This document shows, piece after piece, positions 1 through 12,200 of a stretch of 64,000 nucleotides of DNA. The DNA is from Nemertoderma westbladi (Eukaryota; Animalia; Xenacoelomorpha), in contig JAUCBJ010006766.1 of NCBI GenBank assembly GCA_032718475.1, positions 110,075 to 174,074 on the forward strand. Direction: 5' to 3'. Position numbers and translations under genes: made by a program. The notes beneath the pieces were generated by a model, which saw nothing but the letters and a program-made list of their open reading frames with translations, was not told the DNA's origin and searched no databases. Within the stretch, counting starts at the first letter, position 1; every line of letters starts with the position of its first letter.

Positions 1-163
1 AACTTGGAACGTGTATGTCTGACCTAGTCATTTTGGCAGTTTGTATCAATATCAGATAAGATTTTGCATTCGATATAATATCCTCATATCGGTTATTTTG
101 CACATTTTTTTCCATTACATAAATGTATCAACCCATTCCTCTTGTGAATGATCCTTCACATAG

Positions 164-199
164 ATTCGGCTAAACTTTGTGTGTAAAGGTATATTATTG
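164..199 (+). CDS. Candidate small exon of the + strand host gene (IRLNFVCKGILL)
   Basis: cacatag acceptor and gtaagt donor; 36 nt, phase 0, compatible with the next exon. Short, so it could be chance. Confidence 0.4.
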
Positions 200-256
200 G
201 TAAGTATCGACACAGATGTTCTCCTCCAATTCCAATTGACAATAATTCCTTACTAG

Positions 257-440
257 CCGCCAACCCCGCGGGATGCCGTTCTCAAAGACAAGATAGCGAG
301 TGCCGTGGCGGATTACCTGCAGACCTTAAACCTGGAGCACGGGTCTCTGGACAGGAAACCCAAAAGTCGAGAAGTCCGCCAAATAGAATACCAGCCTGTT
401 CGGGAACATCAACAGAGGCATGCAAGGAAGGGACACAGAG
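257..440 (+). CDS. Host gene exon (PPTPRDAVLKDKIASAVADYLQ...RKGHR)
   Basis: ttactag acceptor, gttggt donor, GC-richer open frame; ends in phase 1, matching the next exon. Confidence 0.75.
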
Positions 441-516
441 GTTGGTGACGTACCCTTAGGTTATACAGTATTATGTGTATGGTTTAGATAATGGTGGGAA
501 GTTTATAGCTCAGTAA

Positions 517-985
517 AGCCCCCGGACAGTAGCCCCCGGACAGTAGCCCCCGGGCAGTAGCCCCCGGGCAGTAGCCTCCGGACAGTAACCCCCCGGACAG
601 TAGCTCCACGGAGGCTACAGTCCGGGGGCTACTGCCTGGGGGCTACTGCCCGGGGGCTACTGCCCGGGGGATACTGCCCGGGGGCTACAGCCCGGGGGCT
701 ACTGCCCGGGGGCTACTGCCCGGGGGATACTGTCCGGGGACTACTGCCCGGGGGCTACTGCCCGGGGGATACTGCCCGGGGGCTACTGCCCGGGGGCTAC
801 TGCCCGGGGGCTACTGCCCGGGGGCTACTGCCCGGGGGCTACTGCCCGGGGGATACTGCCCGGGGGATACTGCCCGGGGGATACTGTCCGGGGACTACTG
901 TCCGGGGGATGCTGTCCGGGGGATGCTGTCCGGGGGATGCTGTCCGGGGGCTACTGACCGAGGGGCAACTGTCCGGGGGTAACTG
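517..985. repeat. 14-bp GC-rich minisatellite arranged as a foldback (MITE-like)
   Basis: About 6 copies of cagtagcccccgga followed by about 26 reverse-complement copies ctactgcccggggg; intronic. Confidence 0.85.
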
Positions 986-1085
986 TAGGCGTAGGCTCCA
1001 GTCATGGGGGCTATAGATCGGGAGGTTTCTATCCTAACACTACTGGTGGGAATTATATTTATTATTAGTTAATTGCTTTTTTTAG

Positions 1086-1224
1086 GGTTGGGTGAAATTA
1101 AACCGGCTGGTGTCACCTACTACCCCCCACTGGAATGGCTTCCACCAATAGCGAATTACTTCAAAATAAAGAGACCAATCACACCAAACTTCCATTGGAG
1201 CGAATGGCCTGATAGACCAGCATC
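1086..1224 (+). CDS. Host gene exon (GLGEIKPAGVTYYPPLEWLPP...WPDRPA)
   Basis: ttttttag acceptor, gtacgt donor; phase 1 in, phase 2 out, open frame. Confidence 0.75.
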
Positions 1225-1620
1225 GTACGTTAGGCCTACCATTTAAATAATTTTCATTAAAAAGCTTTCACATCAATAATATAACTAACTACTTATAAAG
1301 TACGGAGTCTTACATTTTGAACATTTACTGTATATTTTTTAACAATGCTGACTAGACTGCTGGTGGATACGCCTTGACGTAAAGGAAAGCCCAACGTGGA
1401 AGAGTTGAGTTGAGGGTAGTTGCAAAATTACGTACACCACTGTTAGTAATGTTCACTTAAGTAATGCTCGTTGTCACTAAAATTGAACCCTATATTCATA
1501 TACTTATATATTTATTTAAAGTAATACGACATGGGTAAAATTTTTAACAAATTAACCGGACAAATTATTGACGAAACAAATCATTAATTTACCTTTATGT
1601 ATTTTGTATATTTATTGCAG

Positions 1621-1667
1621 ATCCGTGGGTACTGAACAATATTTACCACCGCGTCCACATTCACGAG
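1621..1667 (+). CDS. Host gene exon (SSVGTEQYLPPRPHSR)
   Basis: ttgcag acceptor, gttagc donor; phase 2 in, phase 1 out. Confidence 0.7.
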
Positions 1668-2501
1668 GTTAGCTAATTAAAATACAATTATTAACTTTGC
1701 TTTCTACTGCTCTGTAATACCATACTGTAGTTACAATATTTTAATTCATATAGTAAACACATACAGTACTTACTTTACATCACATATGGTGTGTAATATA
1801 GAACGCGCAACATAATAAATAAACTTGTAAATAGATTTTTACAGCATAGGATCGACTGGGTGTGTAAGAGAATGAATAAATTGATGTTCAAACCTGCTTG
1901 CAGTCCTGCTCATTAGCCGTGAGTGGAACAAACAACCCTATGTCACCACCACCCTAAGTATAAGGTGCCTCAAAACATACGGCTTGAAGAGATCTTTAAA
2001 GTTTCAAATAAAAACATCAATCATTTTTAAATAATAATCAAGGCAAAAGCAAATCTACAAGTTTCATGTGGACCACCAATTTGACTCTCGTGAGACGCCT
2101 CTTAAAGGATTAAGGCCTTGAATATGCAAATTATCTTGCGAAAGTCATCGGTGATACGGAGTTGTGGCGACGCAATTTTATCGATTAACCGGCATAGCAT
2201 TCTTAATGCAACATGCCGATTATATACATGGATAGATAGACCAGGATACCAATGGAATCCTGACGTACACGATTTAGGGTTACAAGTTAACCTCTAATAA
2301 TATTCTAGCCTTATATCATGATGAACCTTTCGGCTACAGTCATTTTGTCGAAAAACCGCCACCATTTTAGACCTACAATGTTGAAAACAATTGTTTCAAT
2401 GATTAGAGTACCTGTCAAATCAACCGATTACAATGGATATTTACAGCATTATAAATATGACTATATCAGTTCCCTTTTCGTTATTTTTTATATTTATTTA
2501 G

Positions 2502-2774
2502 CGCAATCTATAACACGGGAGTACGAAGGTAACGTTGAAATAGACGGGGAATTAGTGGACGGTGAAATCCTCGAAGAAACAGTTCGAGTACCTAGTCGGA
2601 TTGGGTCTGCAAGACCGGAGTCCGCGTTGAGACCTGGTACAGGGGTCGTTAGGCCCGGAAGTGGGTTGGCTAGACCTGGGAGTGGGTTGGCTAGACCCAC
2701 AAGTGGGGCCGCTAGACCCGGGAGTGGCGTTCGACCGCCTCAGAGAAGTGGAAGCAACCGAGAACTAAGAGATG
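2502..2774 (+). CDS. Host gene exon with an acidic stretch and 7-aa RPG(S/T)G repeats
   Basis: tatttag acceptor, gtaagc donor; the coding core of ORF 2318-2848; phase 1 in and out. Confidence 0.8.
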
Positions 2775-3127
2775 GTAAGCAATTCAAACATAAAGTAGTC
2801 GGTAATAGAATAATTCATAATAACAATACATTGGAAGTTAATGTCTGACCCATCGAAAATACGTTTATTGGTAAGAATTGAATGTGTAAAAGCTTTTGCG
2901 GATATAATCAGTCCCCCTGCCCGCAAAGTACCGTTGTAGGTGTTTTAACGGACATAAAAGTCATTCTTCTATATGTGTGCTTTGGCGGACATGGTAAGGC
3001 ACAAAACCCGCAATGCGTCAAATTCTCTAGCACAGTGTAGCCTTGATGATTCAGATTACGACATCTAACAGCTGGTTGCTGGCATGGAAACGGCCGTTGG
3101 ACACATGGTTCTTTGTTTCAGCTTAAC

Positions 3128-3146
3128 AGCCAATCAGAGCGATTTT
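3128..3146 (+). promoter_or_regulatory. Conserved CCAAT-box motif in the LTR (ccaatcagagcgatttt)
   Basis: The same motif is retained in all four long LTR copies, including the diverged solo LTR (about 54294). Confidence 0.45.
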
Positions 3147-3314
3147 TACTGTCGATGTGGAGATATTCTACAGATCGTGCTAGCAGTGTTCAGTCTTACG
3201 GTTTTTTCTTGATTATAGTTGTGTTGTTTCTATCTAGGCCAAGAACACCGGCTCTAGAGTCAATTCGTTTTCAGACTTTAGAAGAAACATTAGTAGGCTT
3301 AGATTATAGAACGT

Positions 3315-3325
3315 ATAACTGTTAT
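3315..3325 (+). other. Putative 11-nt self-primer in the LTR (ataactgttat)
   Basis: Exact reverse complement of the 11 nt following the LTR (4101-4111); conserved in the solo LTR at 54461-54471. Confidence 0.7.
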
Positions 3326-4100
3326 CAACCCAACCTTATTAACACAACTCATGCGGTACAATCTTACATACCAATCATATCATATCTTAACCTACCGTCT
3401 TAATGCTTTTTACTGTTGTTATTATTTGTATCAGTTGGTTGAATATTATTATTTGGAGAACATCTATAAAGAACCCAAATTTCCCAATTTTCTTGATACA
3501 CTACAGGTTAGAGAGACAGGTTACATATAGCGATTGCGACTTATATTATCGTGGTTTGTAGTGAGTTTAATGCTATTTGATAGGCACTACATGAGTCAAT
3601 TGCTGTTCTCTTTATATATGATAAAATTCATTGACGGTCGGCAGATTAGTGTGCAGTATTGTGCGTTACCGGTAGTGTGCATGATTGTGGCTGATAACTA
3701 AGCATTTCCTAAAGAATGCGCCTCATACGTGAATCATAAGCCTTACAGTCTTACAGTTGTGTTTAGTATAAGTCATATCTCTGTTTACCTAGATAGAGCG
3801 CCACGTCCTAAAGGAACTGTTAATATTTCCCGAAAGTGAATAATATTGGTCAGAAATTATTTATTAACGATCAATCGAATAATCCAGTACGCTTACACTG
3901 CAATAATAAAATCTAAGCCCCATCCGAATCCAGTCTCCCGGGTATATCCAGCGGGTGAATGGACGCGCACTAGGCTGGCTTCGGCTAATGTTGTGTTTAT
4001 TGGTATTAAATACTTGTCATTTACTAAAGTCTATTTATAAACCAAAAGACATATAAATTTTGGCAGGTTAAACTGCTTAAGGTCTTCAAAAGCGCGTACA

Positions 4101-4111
4101 ATAACAGTTAT
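4101..4111 (+). other. Non-tRNA primer-binding site (ataacagttat)
   Basis: Directly abuts the LTR-terminal CA, has no TGG, and is complementary to 3315-3325. Confidence 0.7.
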
Positions 4112-4439
4112 TTTCTTTATTGCAGTAAGCAATAAAGTTGAAAGTACCGGTCGACCGGTAAACCTGAATCGGTACTGCTGTAGGTCCGTAGGCCTAACTG
4201 CCTGAACCGGTACTGCTGTAGGTCTGTAGGCCCAACTGTCCTAACCGGTACTTCCAGTATAAGTACATTAGTATTATTCGATTTGATAATTATATACCGG
4301 TAGGTCTCGATATTAAATCGGGGACGCCTGGTTTTTATTGGGATTTTACTTAGGTCTATTTCTGTCAGTTTTATTTCCTAGTAAGTTAATATTGAGCTGA
4401 AGACGTGTAAGTCTGCTCAGATTGTTCAGATAATTGTAG

Positions 4440-5000
4440 GCCGGACTGTTGTCGGACTGTTGTTGGGTCTGGAGAAATTGCGGCGTGTGTAGAGTTTGTC
4501 TGATAAAGTGCCAGTAGGTAAGTTGGGGCAGCCAGAGCTGTAAGGTCAATCCCCTCTTAAAGAATAAGTCGTACTACCGTGTTAGAACGCATACTAACTA
4601 ACCATTTTGGAATCTGCATATACTGTAGTTTATTTAGGCTTGATAGTAGTCTGCCAGCGCTTTAGCCTGTGTTTGTTTGTGTGGTCTGTTCAGGTACCGT
4701 AATAGTTATTACTCAGATATTTTGTAGGCTGGATTGTTGTCTAGCTATTATTAGGTCTGAAGAGATTGCTGCGTGTGTAGAGTTTGTCTGATAAAGTGCC
4801 AGTTAGTAAGTTGGGGCAGCCAGAGCTGTAAGGTCAATCCCCTCTTAAAGAATAAGTCGTACTACCGTGTTAGAACGCATACTAACTAACCATTTTGGAA
4901 TCTGCACATACTGTAGTTTATTTAGGCTTGTGGTAGTCTGCCAGCGTTTGGTTTGTATTTTGTTTGAGTATTCTGTACGGGTAGCGTAATATTTATTATT
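4440..5000 (+). repeat. ~288-bp tandem duplication in the retrotransposon leader
   Basis: gcgtgtgtagagtttgtctgataaagtgccag recurs at 4483 and 4771; also in copy 2 (about 46870-47430). Shorter ~38-bp repeats lie at about 4150-4255. Confidence 0.85.
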
Positions 5001-6285
5001 CAGAGTTTATGCGATTATTCGCAACATTCATGTCCCCAAGTTTATTCCTACAGTAATTGTGCTTGTTACACATACCGTTATAGTTAAATTAACCCCGGTA
5101 CTACACGGGCTGCTTGGCGTAGGTAAAGACTGGTGACTTTGTGCTCCGGTCACTCCAGCAGATGCCGTTGTTCTTTTAACTGTTCAAGTATATTTAACTG
5201 CTAGTTATCTGTTTTAATAAGTACTTGTACCTAATTTAGGGTTTAGTGTACAGTGCTTTCCGAAAGTAATTAGTGTGTAGACAGTGTATTGTGTTGTAAA
5301 GTGGTTAATAGGCACGTTGGATCTGGTAGTCCGCGGTAATTAACTTCCAGGTAGGAACACTCCGTGATACATAACGTAGTACCTATAGCGATACGGCTAT
5401 AGGTCGTCAGACGGTGGTATTTTTCCTATCTGGACAGCGCAATATATATTTACTACTACTTATTATTTTCAAATACCGTAGTATCCTGTCTGTTGTAATA
5501 ACCAGAATTCTAACCCTTTGTTAGGCTGGTTTGTAGACTTCCTGTAAAATTACCCTAAAAATTCGTACGTGATATTTTTGTTATGTTTAGTTAGAGAATT
5601 AATCTCACCCGTATCGTACATAATTTGTAGTATTAAGTAACTTAGGTAAATTAGAATTATTTGTTTTAGTGTCCAACAAGTAGCACTTCACTGAGAGCGC
5701 ACAGCTTCTGTGTAGTGACTCCCCCCAGAAATAATAACATTTATTTCAAATATTGACAAAACCCATTTTAAACGGGTATATATCTATTATAAATCAACTC
5801 AAACGATTTATCAATAGTAGGCCTGCCATACAACAACTAGGTCTCAATATCAGTTGGACTACTGCTTAAATAACGGTAATAAAGTAACTAAGTAACCTTT
5901 AAAATTCAGAAATTCAATTATTTAAATAATTGATATACCGGTATTTACGATAGGCCTATTATCTTTACTTCTATAAATTTAGGCTGAAATTATACCGGTA
6001 TTCTGTAATTAATTCTAGTCTAGAATTATACTTATATACTATAAGTGTAGGCTGTATACCGGTATTCACGATAGGCCTATTATATATTTATATATATTTG
6101 TGTTAAAATTATATACTGGTACTCTGTGACAAACCTAGTTTACAATACTTATATATATTATAAGTGTATACCGGTATTCTAATATACTGTAATAAATTAC
6201 CGGTACTAGGCCAACGGTCATACTGAATTACTAGACTCGCTTTAACTGTAACTATAGCAGTAAGCATTCAACTGTATAGATAAAC

Positions 6286-9200
6286 ATGTCTGACACCCAG
6301 CAAAACCTGTCAGACAGTCTAATCGATACAACCATCTGTGACACAGATAGGAGTGTGGAGCGATTAAGAAAGGGGTTCAGCTCACCTCCTACTGAAAGAA
6401 AGGTCATCCCTCCAGTAGTAGTATCAGACCCTAGGCTAATCCAACACCGTAGGTCTATCATCGGCACTCGGGCCCAAGTCAAACGGAACCAGGAAGCAGC
6501 TGTCCAACAGCAGCAACATCCTAGTCAAGAAACTTGTTCCCAGCGACCCGATAGCTCCAGTAGTTCGGATACTGTAGAGCTGACCCCCGAACGCGGAGTG
6601 CAGATGGCGGCTACAGCCTACTCGGATCCCCTTCTCACCCTTCCTGCCGCAGTGCTAACTACTATATTGATTGCGGTGGAGGAACACCAAGTCGATTGGG
6701 CGAGAAGTGAGCGAGCGACCCACGATAGTTATGCGGGATACGCCAGGGAAGAATTGATGTCTATTGTCGAGTCATAATGGAACTTTCCCGGACCCGGACT
6801 CCCGTTAGATTTGTCCGAAGCTACTTGGGAAGACATCCACAGGATGGGAGTGACTAAAGATACGATGGATCCAGCTGTTTGGAAGAGGTCAGCAGCAGGA
6901 TATGTACAGGGATTCTTCGGCTCCTTAGAGCGATTAGAAGAACAACTGTTTCGACAACCCCAAGAACCTCAAGAGCAGGAAGAGCTGCTATATCAAGTAC
7001 GCGAAAGAACCCTACGCATTAGGCTAATCCTATCAGCCTTTGAGGAAACTTCCAAAAGAAGACAGGACACGTCGCTGCAAGTTGCTGTCAAGACTTGGTT
7101 CCAGCGGGTAGGTCTCAAAGTACAAGAAACGGTCCAGTGGAAATCCCAGCTGGCAGAGCGACCAACCTATGAAGAATCAACCGATGCCACTTTCTCTCAA
7201 GTGGAAAGCGAAGTGACAGCAGAGAGACCGCGAACGAGAGACGCCATCGACATCTATCTGTCAGACTATCAACGTTTTTTAGGTGATGAAGAGTTGAGGA
7301 GACGACTGGCTGGACTTCGCCCCAATAGTGAAGGAACCAAGCTTGTGTTGGACTCAATCGATGCAGAAATGTGGGCTGCAAACAAAGCTAAATTTGATGA
7401 AAAGCTCCGCCTCGCTAGAGTCCAAGAAGAACAAGTAAAGAAAAAACGTATAGAGGACAGAAAGGCAGTAGCAGCGGCAAAGGCGGCAGCGACAGTGGAA
7501 GAGGCAAAGGCGACAGTGGAAGAGGCAAAGGCGGCGGTGGAAGCAGCAAAAGCAACAGCAGCAATGGCATTGGCAGAAGCAGAACAGAGAGCGTCGGAAG
7601 AGACCACCCAACTGGAGTTGGAAAATCTTCAAGAGACGCAAGACTGCATAAATAAACAGTTAACTGCTAGTCAAATGCAGATGATGAGTCGATCTACTCC
7701 CAAGCGCCAAGGATACACATCATCGGAGGAAGGCGAGACCACCGATCCTGAAGGCGGAGGAAATAGATCTCGTCTAAGCAGGCGTAGAAAAACATCTCAT
7801 CGTCACAAATTGCCTGATTTGCCCCCAGCGGTTAGAAGACAACTAGCTAGCACAGACTTAGGTAGTACAGAACCCACAGACCAAATTATTAAGGTCAAAA
7901 GACTCCCTACCATAGTTGATGAGCCTGAAATAATTAGGCCTGTCGTTCCCAAAACCACTCCTGTGCTAGAGACCCCTGTACTTCCAGAGCTTAACTCTAA
8001 ATTCCCTTTACACAGTACTACACTGCCTGTACCCGGTAGAACAGTCCATGAGAAAATTCCTGTCCTGGACTCTGAGAGAGAAATCAAAGATTTGTCTCCC
8101 GTTGTCCCGCGTCGGCCCGCTACAATGTTGGCGACTCCCGCTTCGGTGGTCGAGTGGGTAGAGGAGGGACGGCGGGGGATGAATCTCCTGCTCGGACAGA
8201 TGCAGGAGACTGTCCACCAACTTAAGGGAACAGTAAGGGAAAGTAGGGCAGAATTGCAAGAAGTGCAGCAAAGTATCGCGCTAGAACGCGACAAATTAGT
8301 CAATATACAAAAGGGTATACCAATACCCCCAGTAACATTGTGTCAACCTGTTAGGTCTGAAGTATTACATGCGCAAGGTGTGGAGCCTACACGCATCTAT
8401 ACTGCTAGTGAAGTAGAAACTCCTATAGCAAACCCTATTAAGGGTGATTATAAACCTGTTGTTAATGATATTCCCTATAGACCTGATAATGATCCGAGAA
8501 ATTTATATACCGATAATTCGATATTAAATAACACGATGGCCCAAGAAAGCTTTACGCGTCAGATGGCTAGAACAGAAGCCCGCCAAGCGGTCAAAGTGGG
8601 AGAGATCGTCAAATTCAATGGAGATGAGATGAAATGGTTACCTTTCAATGAATATTACAAAGATAGCATACAGAACTCTGTACTATCTAACGGAGAGAAA
8701 CTTAGATTCCTCATCAAGTGCTTGGAAGGACCTCCCAAGTTAATGGCGTTAAAGTTTATTGGACATCCAGATGGATTAAGACAAGTTTGGGATACACTAA
8801 ACATCAGGTATGGTAATAGGACTAACATAGCTAGGTATTTGTATGCGAAATTAGTAGCGCCCCGAAAGTTCCTTAGCAGCGGGATTATAGAGTTTTCCGA
8901 TGAGATTCAGGAGATCTGTAGACAGCTAGCTTGGTTAGGTAAGTCTCAGGAATATCAGAGTTCCATGGTTGTTGGAGCCGTAGCATCTACTTTGCCAAAG
9001 GGTGGAGTAGGGACAAAAAGGTTCTCTATGTGATGGACCAGCAACAAAGGGACCCTATCATGGCTGATCTCATGTCATTCTTAAATGGAGAGGTAAGGTT
9101 ACAGCTCCTAAAGCAGTCCCGAGAGAAGACACCGGAAAATAAGGTGAGTGAAAAACCCGTTTCTAGGAGAAAGGTAACACCAGTTTGTTATACAGACGAC

Positions 9201-12200
9201 GGCGAAAGCCAAACCTCATACGAGGAGAATAGTGGGAAAGACACCGAAAGATTTTATTATGTCAATAAAACAAGAAAAGACTTAAGTAAATCTAAGCCTC
9301 GAACCAGTGACAGGAGAGAACAGGTAACAACAACTCCTCCTATGTCTCCTAAGAGAATTCATGGAAGAAAGCCTGAGGAAAGAACAAGTGTGCACAACAC
9401 CGCACAGGTTAAAGTAAGTAACATCAAACCCAAATGAAATGAAATGAAATGAAATGAAAAATGAAATCGGCCTACCATTTCGAAAACGAGAACCTAGATT
9501 TATAAATAACAGACCCTTGGCAGAGAAAAGAATCGCTCAATTACATCGACGCCTTACGGCTAATGCTTCAGCTAAAGAAATGTACCAAACTCAGTTGAAG
9601 AAATTTATTACAAAGGGATACGCGGAGCGAGTACCGGAAGGAACACCAGTGACTGAGAGAACGTATTACTTAACACATCATTACGTTCCCAAACCCGGTA
9701 AACCCCATGAAGTACGAGTCGTATTCGATGGCTCCGCTCTATATATGGGCCAATCCCTCAATTCCGAGTTGTTACCAGGACCCAACTTACTCCAATCTTT
9801 GTTGGGAATACTTTTAAGATTAAGACAATATTCCATCGCGTTCGCCTCCGATATAGAAGGAATGTTCCTACAAGTCAAGGCGCTGGATAGAGATAGAGAC
9901 AGCCTAAGATTTCTGTGGTGGCCTGAAGGAGATCTCAACCAGAAACCGGTAGAGTACTGGATGACCATCCAGGCTTTTGGGATCATATCAAGCCCTTCCA
10001 ACGCCTGCTCCGTGGTGCGAACCACTGCGAATGACAACCGAGACGCCTTCTCCAAAGAGGTGATAGATAACATCAAGCGCGATATATACATGGATGACAA
10101 TTTAAAGTCCCTTCCATCAGTAGAAGAAGCCATTGATGTCGCGAAAGGAACGGTAGAGTGTTTGAAAAGAGGTGGATTTCGACTGACGAAATTCACTAGC
10201 AACTCCCGTGAGTTTCTGGAAGCGATACCGGTAGAAGACCGAGGAACGAAAGACCTAGACTTAATAAAGGACGATCTTCCAGAAACCAAGACGCTTGGCT
10301 TGAAGTGGGACACTGAAAGAGATATCCTGTTTTTTCAGCTAAAACAGCGAGATAATCCAGTTCGGACCAAACGGATTTGTTTAAGTATCCTGAGCACTTA
10401 TTTCGACCCATTGGGATTTATTAGCCCAGTTATATTGATTGCTCGGAGTTTAGTACAACAAATGTGGCTTGAAAACCGCTCATGGGACGATCCACTTAAG
10501 GGAGAACTGTTAAAGAAATGGATGAAATGGGAAGATTCTCTACCTGCCATCGAGAGCTTTGTAATTTCCCGTGCATATTTTGGTCATGTTCTCCCTACTT
10601 ATTCCTATCAACTCCATGTGTTTGGAGACGCCAGCGACATGGGAATAGGTATAGTAGCATATCTGCGAGTCGAAACTCCGGATGGAATCAAAGTCGCCTT
10701 GGTTACCTCTAAGGCATTGATTAACAACAAGTTAAAGGTTCCTCGAGCGGAGTTAAAAGCGGCTTTATACGCTACAGCCATCGGCCGGAACGTAACAGAA
10801 CAAATCGACTATCCACTGGAGAAAACTGTTTATTGGACCGACGCTTTACTCGTGTTGGAGTATATAACCAATGAAGTCTGTCAGTTCAGCGTTTTTGTTA
10901 CTAACAGAGTAGCCATTATTCTTAGTCGCACAAAGATAGATCAATGGAGACATTGCCCCGGTACGATTAATCCAGCCGATATCGCCTCCAGGGGAGCAAC
11001 TCCACAGGAACTGATAGATACTCCAGACTGGTTGGGTGGACCCGACTTCCTGAGCAAGGAAGAGGATGAATGGCCTCCTCACCTTACTACGGCGGAAATT
11101 AGACAAGCCAAGGGAGCGGAGAAAGTCAAACCTAAAACCCGGGCGAGTAAATCGAAGTTATTTAAACCGACTATCGATCTATCTGTATTACATACTTCCG
11201 GAAACGATGCTTCGGATCCGCAATCCCTCGCCACAAATAAGTCTGTTGTGGAAATTAGAGATAGAGATTGGAAATCTGGAATACCAGACGTCTCGCAAGG
11301 AATCTCACCCCTGCTGCAGAGAGCAATGCATCACTACAGTTCCTGGAATCGGCTCTGTAAAGCCGTCACGTATTTAAGGAGATGTTTTCATCATCACTAC
11401 TCCAGGACGAAGACCATTAGTGATACCGCTCCATTGACATCTGCGCAAGTTCATGTTATTAAAAATTTACCCAAATATAAGACATCCGACCGGTTTCTAA
11501 AGGAAAAAATCAGTTACAAGGAGCATGAAGAAACCAATAAGCAGATACTGAGACTCCTGCAATGCTATGAGGATTCCGATAAGTATTTCCTGTTGTTGAG
11601 AAATCCGCAGATGCGCTTAAGGGATCGCTTCTCTAGCACAATGATAGATGGGTTAATACGTGTTGGAGGAAGGCTCACCAATGCGCCATTATCCTTTGAC
11701 ACTAAATTCCCCATACTCATTAGAAATCTTGAAGTACAAATCAAGATGATTGTAGATGTTCACAGTAAACTTTATCATGCTGGTAGAGAACGAGTTCTTA
11801 GCGAAATCCGAACTCGCTATTATTTTTATAAACCCCCAAGTTCTTAGGAACTGCATACCCTGTAGGAAAGCATTCAGTAGGCCTTTAACACAGCGAGAGG
11901 CAGAATTACCTAGGGAACGAGTAAGCTTCTATGAACCACCTTTTACTAATACTGGTGTAGATTTATTTGGCCCTATTGAAGTATATCGTGCTAGGACTAT
12001 AGTCAAGAGATGGTGTGTCATCTTCGTATGCATGACTTGTAGAGCCATCCATCTCGATATGGTGAACGATCTATCTACCAACAGCTTCGTCTTAAGTTTA
12101 CGCCGACAGATCGCTCGCTTCGGGACGAGTAATACCTTGAGATCGGATAAGGGAACGAACTTCATTGGTGCCAACAACAAAATACAGGCTTACGTGAAGG

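Larger units (their letters stand above)
2885..4100 (+). repeat. 5' LTR of copy 1 (1216 bp)
   Basis: Starts tgtaaaagc, ends gcgcgtaca; both ends are confirmed by the TSD-flanked solo LTR and by copy 2. Confidence 0.92.

Noticed and set aside
3113-3403. Small ORFs recurring in LTRs (also 31435-31743 and 48588-48773)
   Set aside because: They recur only because the LTRs are homologous; starts, ends and frames are not conserved.
3905-3910. AATAAA as the LTR polyadenylation signal
   Set aside because: Not conserved in the copy 2 LTRs or the solo LTR.
5930-6210. Dense taccggta palindromes in the leader
   Set aside because: Explained by degenerate ~60-bp tandem repeats, and the motif is common throughout the window.
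7115-10411. Antisense and alternate-frame ORFs over gag-pol (and mirror copies at 40092-45560)
   Set aside because: Shadow ORFs of the coding strand with no independent motifs.
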